NCBI GenBank assembly: GCA_965116885.1
Contig: OZ220741.1
Span: 4,352,001-4,416,000 of the forward strand
DNA from: Candidatus Latescibacterota bacterium
GTDB taxonomy: Bacteria > Latescibacterota > UBA2968
Length of the DNA: 64,000 nt
Direction of reading: 5' to 3'
Shown: positions 10,455 through 20,390 of the stretch, piece by piece
Layout: the number at the start of each line of letters is the position of its first letter
How positions within the stretch are numbered: the first letter of the stretch is position 1
Made by a program: the position numbers and the translations under genes
Notes under the pieces: model-generated
What the model saw: the letters and a program-made list of their open reading frames with translations, nothing else
Databases searched by the model: none
Told to the model about the DNA's origin: nothing

Positions 10455-11434
10455 GCCGCCACCCCCGCTTTGATCTGTCCCAGCAAATCCATGAGATGAT
10501 TCGGATCGTCTTCTGTCATCAACGTGCGACGATAAGGCGTAGCGCCGGGCACACCCTTGATATACGCCGCGAGATGCCGGCGCATTTCCAGGACGCCATA
10601 GCGCAATCCCTTAAACGCAATGGACGCCTTGAGATGGTGAACAGCCATTTCGAGGCGGTCCCTATCCGTTGGTCCGGGCAATAATTCTCCCGTATTAAGA
10701 AAGACTTCCATGCGCTTAAAAAGCCATGGATTGCCAATAGCCCATCGTCCCACCATCACCAGATCGCAACCCGTTTTCTGCATCATCTCCTTTGCAGCCT
10801 CTGGCCCGCGCACATCGCCATTGCCGATTACGGGAATCGAAACCGCGTTTTTGACTTCCGCGATAATATCCCAATCTGCTCTGCCCGCAAATTTTGCCTC
10901 GCGCGTACGCCCATGCACGGCAATTGCCGCTGCACCAGAATCTTCAGCAATCCGCGCAACTTTAACTGCCTGATCGGCTTGCGCCCATCCACTTCTAATT
11001 TTCAGTGTCACGGGAATATCCACGGCGTGCACCATTGCAGCAATGATTTGTCCCAAAAGATCAGGCGTTTTGAGCAAGGCCGCACCCGCATTTCGCGTCA
11101 CGATTTTTTTTACCGGACACCCGCAATTGATGTCGATAATATCCGGATTGCGCTCCGCCACAACCCGAGCACCTTCGGCCATGATCTCGGGGTCTGAGCC
11201 AAACAACTGCGCGGAAATCGGAAACTCATCGGGTTCAAAATCGAGATATTGATTCGACCTCTCACTGCCCTCGGCCAATCCTTTGGCACTGACCATTTCT
11301 GTAACCGCAAAACTCGCGCCCTGTTGCCGGCACAGCATGCGAAATGACCGGTCTGTAATACCAGCCAATGGTGCCAGCGCTGTCCGTCCGGGAATATTTA
11401 CATTGCCAATTTTTACGCCCATATCATCATTCAT
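10451..11434 (-). CDS. dusB: tRNA-dihydrouridine synthase B
   Basis: [39 protein letters not shown]. Confidence 0.9.
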   Translation of the reverse strand: MNDDMGVKIGNVNIPGRTALAPLAGITDRSFRMLCRQQGASFAVTEMVSAKGLAEGSERSNQYLDFEPDEFPISAQLFGSDPEIMAEGARVVAERNPDIIDINCGCPVKKIVTRNAGAALLKTPDLLGQIIAAMVHAVDIPVTLKIRSGWAQADQAVKVARIAEDSGAAAIAVHGRTREAKFAGRADWDIIAEVKNAVSIPVIGNGDVRGPEAAKEMMQKTGCDLVMVGRWAIGNPWLFKRMEVFLNTGELLPGPTDRDRLEMAVHHLKASIAFKGLRYGVLEMRRHLAAYIKGVPGATPYRRTLMTEDDPNHLMDLLGQIKAGVAA

Positions 11435-12281
11435 CCCGATAACTTTCTCGCGCTTCTAACAATACGTTTGACAATTGTTCGGCAAATTTCACCTGACTGT
11501 TGTCCTCGGGTTCATAGCCAATTTTCTTTCGCGCATTGGAGATCGTCCAGAAATTGTGCGAATTGCCGCTAATACCATAAAAAATTTGAAACGGAATCCC
11601 ATATTCATCTTCGATATTTTCAGTTTCAATGCTCTTCACAATCAACTGCACCTGATCCCGAATGCTCAAATACGCGCCCAAGCCTCGATGCATGCTTTTC
11701 AAATTCGTGGATTTTGCGCGATCCATATCCGTCTCACGCGGGCCACCTATTCGAATCTGCACATTCTCCAGCTTCTTACCGCCGTTCATCAATCCCGTTG
11801 CAAAGGTAAAGCCCAACAACTCGTATTGCGCCTTTGCCCAGCCGTAATAATTATCGGAAAGCGGGTACATCTCTGGCGTTACAAATTCCTGCTTGCCTGC
11901 CCAGATCAGATTCTCGTAATAATCTGCCGCGTGATTTGAACTGATGATCACAGCGCGCCGGACATTTTCCTCCACACACGTCTGATACACATTGTGCGCC
12001 ATATCGATATTCGTCATCTCTGCCCAGAAGCGATCCGCATCATCTCTTGTCCGAACAAATCCGCAGTGGATAATCGCATCCTGTCCCCTGAAATACTCCC
12101 GATACGCATCCCGGTCCCGATTCGTCAAATCCGCAATCACCACATCGCGTACTTCCTCGCCTTCGCGATTGGTCGTCTTCACGTCTAAAATGGTCAGGTC
12201 ATATCGCTCGCGCAAGACAGGCAACATCCGCCCGGCCACATAACCCGTACCTCCCGTAATGAGCACTTTTCTCTTCGCCAT
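11427..12281 (-). CDS. NAD-dependent epimerase/dehydrogenase (uronate-dehydrogenase-like SDR)
   Basis: LITGGTGYVA, SSNHA, YGWAK, RIG. Confidence 0.8.
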   Translation of the reverse strand: MAKRKVLITGGTGYVAGRMLPVLRERYDLTILDVKTTNREGEEVRDVVIADLTNRDRDAYREYFRGQDAIIHCGFVRTRDDADRFWAEMTNIDMAHNVYQTCVEENVRRAVIISSNHAADYYENLIWAGKQEFVTPEMYPLSDNYYGWAKAQYELLGFTFATGLMNGGKKLENVQIRIGGPRETDMDRAKSTNLKSMHRGLGAYLSIRDQVQLIVKSIETENIEDEYGIPFQIFYGISGNSHNFWTISNARKKIGYEPEDNSQVKFAEQLSNVLLEARESYRDE

Positions 12282-12302
12282 ATCAACTCCTCAAATCAAT
12301 CA

Positions 12303-13061
12303 TCACGACAATGGAAATGGCATCCCGACCTTTGCAAAATGTCCAAATTGGTCTTCTCCGCGTAGCACAATAGGCTCCCAGGACTGCTTGTGTGAATTGA
12401 GCGTGGTCTGTTTGACATGCGGAGGGATAAATCGCACGGTCAGTCCGCATCGCCGTCGGTTTGACCGATTGGGATTGCTCGCGTGAAATAATTGCCCGTC
12501 GTGAACCGACATCTGCCCTGCTCTCAACACAATATCGACCGCCGCGCTATCATCCACATATTCATCTGGGATCTCCTGGTTAATACTCAGCAAATTGCCT
12601 TCCCGCGCGGATTTGTCGTGTACTGCAATCCCATTTTTGTGCGATCCCGGAATAAAACGCATACACCCATTCTCCACATCCGCGTCGTCAATGGCGATCC
12701 AGGCTGTATGTGCAATGGGCGGTTTCAGCCCCCAGTACGTAATATCTTGATGCCACGCCACAAATATCTTTGCCTCTGGATCGGGATATTTGCAAAAAAA
12801 GTGAGTGGATAACAGCATCACATTGTCGCCCATCACAGCCTGCATCACGTCTAAGATTCGCTTATCCGTTGCCAGTTGCCAGATAAATGCCTCGTCAAAA
12901 TGCCGCCCCTGCAAACCGATCTGGCATTTCTCCTTGCCTTCGCGCGCTTCCAAATCGTCAAATAACGCGCGAAAATGCCCGATCTCGCGTTCTGAAAACA
13001 CATCGACTTCTGTCAAAAATCCCTGCGTCTCATAAGTTTCGACCATAGAATCTAAAGACAT
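12303..13061 (-). CDS. Phytanoyl-CoA dioxygenase (PhyH) family 2OG/Fe oxygenase
   Basis: WHQD, WIAIDD...ENGC...PGSH, HAS.PN.S..RR. Confidence 0.88.
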   Translation of the reverse strand: MSLDSMVETYETQGFLTEVDVFSEREIGHFRALFDDLEAREGKEKCQIGLQGRHFDEAFIWQLATDKRILDVMQAVMGDNVMLLSTHFFCKYPDPEAKIFVAWHQDITYWGLKPPIAHTAWIAIDDADVENGCMRFIPGSHKNGIAVHDKSAREGNLLSINQEIPDEYVDDSAAVDIVLRAGQMSVHDGQLFHASNPNRSNRRRCGLTVRFIPPHVKQTTLNSHKQSWEPIVLRGEDQFGHFAKVGMPFPLS

Positions 13062-13236
13062 GGTGCATTCCTTTTGTGAGCAATGGCGAGCTGTATATAA
13101 ACTATTAGGAATATCCCGCACGCGCAACCCGTTTTCCAAATTGCTTAAAAAAGAACCGGTCCAAAAGCGTAGCCACGCAGAGCTTACCTCGCAGTGTTCG
13201 CATATCAAACCGGCTTTTAATTGTTTTATCACCAGT

Positions 13237-14109
13237 TCAGGCGCCGATCTCGCGCAAAAAAGATGGACTCAGCGTACCGCGCGCCACCTCTGCCACAGGT
13301 CCTGCCATCGTCAGGTTAAACGCCTCATCTACATCGATCATCAATGTGCCTCCAGGTGCTTCTACCGTCACAGGTGAGGCGACCAGTCCCAAACGCACCG
13401 CAGCACTTGCCGCAGCACATGACGAAGATCCCGACGCCTGCGTTTCACCTGCGCCGCGTTCCCAGATCAAAATGAAAATTTTTTGGTCACCCGTGGGCAC
13501 GACCAACTGCACATTGGTTCGCCTCGGAAAAATCTCGTGGTTCTCCAACGCAGGTCCCAGGCGCAACAAATCATCGCGCGACCATGCCTCGCCCCTCGGC
13601 TTAAACACCACACAGTGGGGATTGCCCACGCTCACACCCGTAAATACCATATCCTCGCCAGCAGCGGTAATCGGCTGTTCGATCAGTTCTTCCACCTCGA
13701 GCGAACACGGCAATGCCCCTGGTTCAAACGTCGCCTCCCCCATCTCTACAGTCGCCGCACTCGCATCGCCCCATTCGTCAATATGCAAATCAATATGCAC
13801 CAATCCCCCTGGCGTATCGACTGAGAATGACGTTTTATCTACCTTACCAGTAGCATGCAAATATCGCGCAAAAATCCGCAGCCCATTGCCCGATTTCTCC
13901 GCCTCGCTCCCATCTGGATTCCATATCCGCAACCCAAAATCCGCGCGGTCAGACGCTTCCAATGTCAAAATACCATCACTCCCTATCCCCCAATTGCGAT
14001 CACAGATTTTCTCAATGCGCTCTGGCGTCAATTCAAACGTCAACGCCTTTGGATCCATCACCAGATAATCATTGCCCAATCCATGACCCTTAAAAAATCC
14101 GTTCTCCAT
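13237..14109 (-). CDS. dapF: Diaminopimelate epimerase-like protein with Ser in both catalytic positions
   Basis: KGHGLGNDY, GIGSDG, NPDGSEAEKSGNG, VGNPH, WERGAGETQASGSSSCA. Confidence 0.85.
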   Translation of the reverse strand: MENGFFKGHGLGNDYLVMDPKALTFELTPERIEKICDRNWGIGSDGILTLEASDRADFGLRIWNPDGSEAEKSGNGLRIFARYLHATGKVDKTSFSVDTPGGLVHIDLHIDEWGDASAATVEMGEATFEPGALPCSLEVEELIEQPITAAGEDMVFTGVSVGNPHCVVFKPRGEAWSRDDLLRLGPALENHEIFPRRTNVQLVVPTGDQKIFILIWERGAGETQASGSSSCAAASAAVRLGLVASPVTVEAPGGTLMIDVDEAFNLTMAGPVAEVARGTLSPSFLREIGA

Positions 14110-14143
14110 AATTACTCCTGTTTTTTCGTAATAATCTAACACC

Positions 14144-15439
14144 CTAACCAACGGTCACCGCGACCCGATGCATCGAATTGTTGAGATATCCCTTCGGATT
14201 CCAGGTAATGGCGTGCGGCTGACTTATGCCTTCCGAATCGGTCGCCTTTGCCCAAATCTCGTAATATCCCGCTTTGGGAAATGCGATCTCCGCCCGCCAG
14301 CTCTGCCATGCATACGCATTCACTGGCTCGTCGAGCTTTGTATCAATCCATGTTGCGCCAAAGTCGATTGACAGACGGACAGCATCAACCTTCCGGTCTC
14401 CTGCCCAGGCGTGTCCGCGCACTTCCAGAGTCCGCTCGCTCATCTTGTGACCGGTAGCAGGATTGGTAATTAACGACTTAACCTTCATAGCGTGGATGAT
14501 CTCGAAGTCCTTCTCATCTACCTTTTCCCCTGGCGCTATCATCCGATTGGGTACCCGATAATCCATCCCCGTCATCTTCGGACCATCGTGAACCTGATCG
14601 CGCAACCAGATGCGGGTCAACCACTTCTGCGAACATGACCCCGACCAACCGGGAATGATCAGGCGCAATGGCGCACCGTTCATAGGATGGATCGGTTTGC
14701 CATTCTGGGTAAAAGCGATAAGGTTATGTTCGTCCATCGCCTTCTCAATCGGCACCCCGCGCGAAAGGGGAAGCCTTCCTTCCTCTCCAGAAACGTGGGT
14801 ATCGGCACCCACATGCGCGGTATAAACCACATTGTCTTTCACCCCGGCAGCCTTGAGAACATCGGATAGGCGAACACCTGTCCACTCCGAACAAGCCACA
14901 GCACCATAGGTCCATTGACTACCATCCGCAGAAGGCTCAAAAAAGGCGCGTCCATTGCCCCCGCACTCCAGCGTCAGTGCCCTATTAACGACTTCAAATC
15001 GCTGTTTGAGATCGTCAATGCTAAGAGCCAGGGGATTATCCACCAGACCATCAATCGTCAGTTTCCAACCCACTGCATCCGTATTCTCCGGCGGAATGCC
15101 ATTGTTGCGGATAAAATGCCTCTCTGTCGGAGTAATAGCGTCATCGAGCAAATGCGGAGGCGTTTCGGCATTCAATGGATGGTCATTGAGCACAGTCAAG
15201 CCATCCTTACCCTGAATCATATCCTCCGAAGCGAGCGCAACAGGAATAAAATGCGCCGGAATATTGCGATGAAACGGAATCGCCGCCCCGACCATTGCCC
15301 CCATCATCGCCAACCCGGCCTTCTTCAAAAATCCCCGCCTGTCGGGATACGTCTCGCGGCCAAACAATAAGCAATCAGCCTCATCGGGATTGCTCTGATA
15401 GAGTTCGAATAAACCTTGTTCTTTAGTGTTTTTGTGCAT
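14144..15439 (-). CDS. Sulfite oxidase-family molybdoenzyme (SorT/SoxC-like), Tat-exported
   Basis: RRGFLK twin-arginine motif; HFIRNN, LECGGNGR, GAPLRL..PGW.G..SQKWL, WNPKGY.NN. Confidence 0.88.
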   Translation of the reverse strand: MHKNTKEQGLFELYQSNPDEADCLLFGRETYPDRRGFLKKAGLAMMGAMVGAAIPFHRNIPAHFIPVALASEDMIQGKDGLTVLNDHPLNAETPPHLLDDAITPTERHFIRNNGIPPENTDAVGWKLTIDGLVDNPLALSIDDLKQRFEVVNRALTLECGGNGRAFFEPSADGSQWTYGAVACSEWTGVRLSDVLKAAGVKDNVVYTAHVGADTHVSGEEGRLPLSRGVPIEKAMDEHNLIAFTQNGKPIHPMNGAPLRLIIPGWSGSCSQKWLTRIWLRDQVHDGPKMTGMDYRVPNRMIAPGEKVDEKDFEIIHAMKVKSLITNPATGHKMSERTLEVRGHAWAGDRKVDAVRLSIDFGATWIDTKLDEPVNAYAWQSWRAEIAFPKAGYYEIWAKATDSEGISQPHAITWNPKGYLNNSMHRVAVTVG

Positions 15440-15510
15440 TATCGCTACCTCTTTATCTGGCGTTGGTAGTCAGAGTTGGATTCAAAGTGGAATTTCATAG
15501 TATTTGCCTA

Positions 15511-16212
15511 TTAGGCAGGATAATCGGTAATGAACCTTTTAACGAAGGTATGAGCGTCTTCGACATCTTCAAATTTAATGTCTGAACCTTTGCCGTGGGC
15601 GGCATCATTGCGAAGGTCTCCAATAGATTGGATACGTCGCCACACGGATTGATTATAGACATTATCATTGCGAAGCAGATCATTATATTTTGAAATGCTT
15701 CCCTGTTTGGGTAATGTCAGCCCCTGTATCTGCACCAGTTTTTGGAGATGGTCTTCAATGACCCCACCAATGAGCACCATAGCAGCAACATGGTAACCCG
15801 CGTTGAGAAGATCCAATGATTGTGTAAGAAAATCCTCGTGGATATTGGCACGAAGCCTAGATTCAAGTGATATCAATAACCCCTGGGCAACTGCATCGCG
15901 AAGGGCTATAAGCACGCCAGTTATAGTAGAAAAGAGTAACCTTTCATCACCAATCGCAAGTCGCACAGGTACACTTTGAGGAGTATTTTCATAGTATAGG
16001 CTGTTCTCGTCAGCGATTTGTTCGATAGTAGCACGAGAGGAAATCACAAATGCTCTGAGTTCTGCTTCTGAAGCACCAGACTTGTATGGTGGGGTGCCAT
16101 AATCATAATCATAGTCATCATAATCATCATAATCACACCTTTGAAATGACGCTGTTAATCGTTGGCCTGTTTCGATGAGTGTGTCAAGCTGTGTTAATAT
16201 TTCCGTCTTCAT
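15511..16212 (-). CDS. HEPN/DUF4145-like protein
   Basis: AAMVLIGGVIEDHL and C-terminal RNDAAH (Rx4H); lower GC. Confidence 0.7.
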   Translation of the reverse strand: MKTEILTQLDTLIETGQRLTASFQRCDYDDYDDYDYDYGTPPYKSGASEAELRAFVISSRATIEQIADENSLYYENTPQSVPVRLAIGDERLLFSTITGVLIALRDAVAQGLLISLESRLRANIHEDFLTQSLDLLNAGYHVAAMVLIGGVIEDHLQKLVQIQGLTLPKQGSISKYNDLLRNDNVYNQSVWRRIQSIGDLRNDAAHGKGSDIKFEDVEDAHTFVKRFITDYPA

Positions 16213-16259
16213 TGTGCATCGTCCGTGGGTTCAAGTTGCATGGCCTAAAAATTAGCATA

Positions 16260-16298
16260 TTGACAAAAATATAAAAAATGATTACTTTGTCAAGTAAT
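16260..16298. promoter_or_regulatory. Overlapping divergent sigma70 promoters with operator-like inverted repeats
   Basis: TTGACAAA(16260)...TTTGTCAA(16293) gives a -35 box on each strand; ATTACT-N6-AGTAAT palindrome at 16281-16298. Confidence 0.55.
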
Positions 16299-16314
16299 AA
16301 ACTAAGGAGAAATA

Positions 16315-17444
16315 ATGGCTGGTGGAAATTACATTGCCGCGAATATTGCCCGATTGCGGCTGGACCGGCAGTTGACCCAGGAGGAACTCGCCCGAAAAGC
16401 GGGCCTCTCGCGGATGGCACTCGGAAATATCGAGCGCGGCACTGTCGTCCCTCGTGCCCGGACCCTCACCGCTCTTGGAAAAGCACTACGGGTTCCGATC
16501 CGCGATCTCGTGATGCCTGTGCGGCCTCTCGAGACCGTGCGATTTCGATCTCAGGCACGGGTACATGCCCGAGCTCAGATCCTGGCCGAAGTTGCAAAAT
16601 GGCTCGATGCCTACACTCAGATTGAATCTGACCTCAACGCGTCGTGCCCCTTTCGTTTAAAACTGTTTCTCAACCGGGGAATCCGATGAAAACCGCACAG
16701 GCCGCGCGCGAAGCCATTGGATTTGGCACGGAAGAGCCGGTTCGCGATATCTGTGGACTGCTTGAGGAAAATGGTGTAAAGATCTTCCTCCTCAATAAGA
16801 AGAGTGACTCTTTCTTTGGTCTAAGCGTCGGTGCAAGAGATGGCGGCCCCGCTGTAGTAGTCAATACATGGGATCGCATCTCAGTAGAGCGTTGGATCTT
16901 TACCGCAGTACATGAACTCGGCCATTTGTTACTCCATCCCACCCAATATCAGCGCGACGCCACCGAACTCCCCATGCAAGCAGAGCGCGAGGCCGACGCC
17001 TTTGCGAGTCACTTTCTAATGCCAGAAGCAGGTTTCGCACCGGAGTGGGATGAAACCCGTGGACACCCACTCCTCGTTCGCGTCCTCAAGGTCAAGCGCA
17101 TCTTTCGAGTGAGTTACAAAACCGTACTCTATCGACTGGTCGAATCGGACCGTGAAACCTCAGATATTTGGCGTACATTCCAGTGCCAGCATCGCCACTA
17201 TTTTGGCAAGACCCTGCGAAAAACCGATGAGCCTATGGCACTCGATAAGAGCGAATTTGCCTGGAACTGGAGCCGCTCAGGCGAGCCTGAGGGTCTCTCC
17301 CGGCACGACTTCGTCGAAGATCGCCTCTTGCGGCTCGTGCGACAAGCGCTTGAGCAAGAGCACATTTCACTTGGGCGTGCCGCCGAGATTCTGGGACTAC
17401 ATCGTGAGGAAATGAGAAGGTATGCGCGCGAGTGGGTGGGGTAA
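16315..17444 (+). CDS. XRE-HTH + ImmA/IrrE (DUF955) Zn metallopeptidase, split by a -1 frameshift near 16656-16662
   Basis: LTQEELARKAGLSR..LGNIERG HTH in the first frame; FTAVHELGH (HExxH) and EREADAFASHFLMP in the -1 frame. Confidence 0.8.
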
Positions 17445-17969
17445 ATGGCGATGGTTCAGACCGTACTTCTCGCGGATGCAGATGTGCTTATAGACTACCG
17501 CGAGTCGGAGTTGGATATTCTTAAACTCGTGGTGCAACACATAGGGAGAATTGTTGTTTTAGCACCTGTACTCGATGAGGTACAAGGCGTAACACCGACA
17601 CAATGCAAACAACTCGGCATTGAGGTTGTCGAGGTAACAACAGAGCAATTGGTACAGGCTTCGGAAGGCGAGTCACGCGTGTCCTTCAACGACCGCCTCT
17701 GTCTGATCGCCTGCCGAGATGAGGGCTGGACGTGTGTCACGAACGACGGTGCGCTCCGGCGCCTCTGTGAACACCACAGCGTGACAACGCGATTTGGCCT
17801 CGGCCTCATGGTAGATCTGGTTGCTGTTGGTGTTCTCACGCGGCGGCGTGCCCTGACTATCGCACGACAAATCCAGGCCTCCAACTCTATATATATCAAC
17901 GAGCGTGTAATCACCCGCTTCAGGGCTGCGCTTGTTGCGACCATCCCACGAGGTCGTGCAGGTGCTTAG
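17445..17969 (+). CDS. PIN-domain protein partnered with HTH-DUF955
   Basis: LLADADVLID, DE, SFND, TNDGALRR acidic PIN pattern; abuts the upstream stop. Confidence 0.75.
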   Translation: MAMVQTVLLADADVLIDYRESELDILKLVVQHIGRIVVLAPVLDEVQGVTPTQCKQLGIEVVEVTTEQLVQASEGESRVSFNDRLCLIACRDEGWTCVTNDGALRRLCEHHSVTTRFGLGLMVDLVAVGVLTRRRALTIARQIQASNSIYINERVITRFRAALVATIPRGRAGA

Positions 17970-18014
17970 CACTGCTAATCCATTGAGCGATGAAGGTGTA
18001 TCCGCTCATTGCTT

Positions 18015-18272
18015 CTACCTACCCCTATTACGCGCTTGCATCAGATTATAGGCAGTCTGACGGCGCAGCCAGAACTCGGCATTAGACCATCCTACCTTCT
18101 CCAGCCGAATAGCCATCTCAGGTGAAATAGCCGCATGACCATTCAGTACACATGAAAGCGTGTGACGGGCCACGCCCAATACCCTCGCGGCTTCGGTAAT
18201 ATTCAGACCGAGGGGTACCAGACAGTTCTCTTTGATGCTGAGGCCGGGATGGGGTGGATTCTTCATAGCCAT
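18015..18272 (-). CDS. higA: HigA-family antitoxin (orphan, possibly C-truncated)
   Basis: [38 protein letters not shown]. Confidence 0.8.
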   Translation of the reverse strand: MAMKNPPHPGLSIKENCLVPLGLNITEAARVLGVARHTLSCVLNGHAAISPEMAIRLEKVGWSNAEFWLRRQTAYNLMQARNRGR

Positions 18273-18283
18273 GGCATCGTCCT

Positions 18284-19186
18284 TCATTTTATCACTCCGA
18301 ACAGCGCGAAGGAGAAATTTGGTGCTGGATCGACCAGATCGCTTCTATCTTTCAAATAACGCCTCTTTTGCTCCTCGGGCGGAATGGTCTCGATCTCCAC
18401 AAAGCCAATGCGCGACATCTCGTCATTCAATTCCTCGGGCGTAAACACGGACAACATCGGCTCCCCTCGGCGCGCCACAAACCGGTCCAACCTGTCGGCG
18501 AAAGGCAAACTCTCTTCGGGGATAAGGTGCCTGGCGAGCTTATAATCGAAAACAATGCGGCTGCCAGGCGCGGCAACATCTGCGACGCGACCAAACGTCT
18601 CCCTTATCGCGTCCTTCGTAAGATAATAAGTCGTTCCCAACCATGAAAAAAAGGCGGGCTTCTCTGGATCGAATCCCGCTCGGATAAGTGCCTCATTCAA
18701 CTGGTCGGTCTCAAAATCAATGGGAACAAATACCAGATTGGAGGGCACATCGCCATTGACCGCGCGCACCTGTGTCTCTTTCGTCGCCTGGGTCGCGGGA
18801 TGATCCAGCTCGAATATCCGCACGCCATCTGCGAATTCCTTGTGGCGCATGGAAAACGTATCGAGACCTGCACCGAGGATCACGTACTGCCCGACGCCCT
18901 CCGATATCGCCTCCATGAGACGGTCTTCCGCATATCTGGCTCGCAGAATAACCTCGGTATGTATGGGGCGGAACGATTGGAACACCTTGTGAACAACGAA
19001 CCAGCTAAGCAATCTGTTCTTGGCGATCACGCGCCAGATAAACGGCACCATGTCAACCGCATAATCATCCGCAAAAACCGGGAATTTGCTCTGCTGATAA
19101 TGATACGCGCGTACACTTGCTGCGAGTGCCGCCGTCTTGCTCGTCCTGTGCTTGTGTGCGGATATTCCAGATTGCGGAGAAGACAT
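18284..19186 (-). CDS. SAM-dependent methyltransferase (LCM family)
   Basis: [34 protein letters not shown]. Confidence 0.88.
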   Translation of the reverse strand: MSSPQSGISAHKHRTSKTAALAASVRAYHYQQSKFPVFADDYAVDMVPFIWRVIAKNRLLSWFVVHKVFQSFRPIHTEVILRARYAEDRLMEAISEGVGQYVILGAGLDTFSMRHKEFADGVRIFELDHPATQATKETQVRAVNGDVPSNLVFVPIDFETDQLNEALIRAGFDPEKPAFFSWLGTTYYLTKDAIRETFGRVADVAAPGSRIVFDYKLARHLIPEESLPFADRLDRFVARRGEPMLSVFTPEELNDEMSRIGFVEIETIPPEEQKRRYLKDRSDLVDPAPNFSFALFGVIK

Positions 19187-19187
19187 A

Positions 19188-20159
19188 CTAATCCTTCCAG
19201 ACCATCACCACGGCCATTGCCTCATCAAGACGCGTGTACAACAAATCAAATGCTTCTGCAGCATCCTCATAATCAAAACGATAGGTTACCATTTTCCAGG
19301 TCTGGATCTTATCTTCCATCAACAACTGGATCGCCGTATCCGACCCCTGTGGCCGGTACGCGCTGTTCAGATATCCTCCAATCAGGCGTTTGCCCTGAAT
19401 TTTTGACGAATCCAGAGGCAGTGGCTCGCCCTCATACAATCCCACAACCTGCAACAACCCACCCCCACGCACCATATCTTGCGCCTGTGCAAATGCCTGC
19501 GCGCCCGCACGTCCCCCCACTGCTTCAACCACAACATCTGCACCCCTACCATCAGTAAGCTCTTTCACCGCTGCAATCGGATCGGTCTCGCCCGCATTCA
19601 CCACAGCACTCGCACCCAACTGTTCCGCCAAATCGCAACGCAAGGATAAGGCATCGACCGCGATTACGCGGCAATTTTGCAAATGTCGTGCGACCTGCAT
19701 ACAGCAACTCCCCACCAGACCTTGTCCTAAAATCACCATGGCATCGTCTGGACCAGCCCCAGTTTCTCGCATCCACAGCACCGAACTCGTAGTCAGGGGC
19801 CAAAAAGTCGCCGCCTCGGATGTAACCGCATCGGGTAGCGAAACCACAGACGGTTTATGGCGCGAATTGACAACCTCAACAGCCACGTACTCGGCATGCG
19901 GCGCCAGAGCCGCTACTCGCTCCCCCATCGAAAAATCATCGACCTGCGCCCCTACCTGCACAATCGTTCCAGCGAGCGAATATCCCATCATCTGGTGATC
20001 AATCGCTTCTTCTCGCACATACCGCCGCCAGATCTCAGACCCTCTGCTAATCAGCGTGCGTTCCGTTCTGATAAGCACCTCTGTCTGTCGAATCTCTGGC
20101 AAAGGCACATCTTCGATCTCGACATGATACGCGCCTTCGGGTTTAATCACGCGCTTCAT
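19188..20159 (-). CDS. MDR/zinc-binding-type dehydrogenase
   Basis: TLISRGSE, MGYS.AG, GQGLVG, GADVVVEAVG. Confidence 0.85.
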   Translation of the reverse strand: MKRVIKPEGAYHVEIEDVPLPEIRQTEVLIRTERTLISRGSEIWRRYVREEAIDHQMMGYSLAGTIVQVGAQVDDFSMGERVAALAPHAEYVAVEVVNSRHKPSVVSLPDAVTSEAATFWPLTTSSVLWMRETGAGPDDAMVILGQGLVGSCCMQVARHLQNCRVIAVDALSLRCDLAEQLGASAVVNAGETDPIAAVKELTDGRGADVVVEAVGGRAGAQAFAQAQDMVRGGGLLQVVGLYEGEPLPLDSSKIQGKRLIGGYLNSAYRPQGSDTAIQLLMEDKIQTWKMVTYRFDYEDAAEAFDLLYTRLDEAMAVVMVWKD

Positions 20160-20390
20160 GGAACACCTCCGGAGACAGTTGTAAAAGATATACAGGATAA
20201 GGCCCAGGAAGGAGTGGGTCTGTGCCAAGGAGCCAACCGCAAGATGGATGGGACATACAGAATAGAGATAGATGGAAGACCCAGGAGGGAGAAGGAGTCA
20301 ATAATCAGTAGTTATTGTTCATAATCCATCGGGCCACATCTCCGCGCAATTTATGGCATAACTTTCACCACACGGTTTTGAGCAGCACGC

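Noticed and set aside
13062..13232. Long N-terminal extensions in the ORF track (also 1547, 6037, 40331, 45004, 57877, 59474)
   Set aside because: Downstream starts with RBS, signal peptide or family-typical N-termini fit better.
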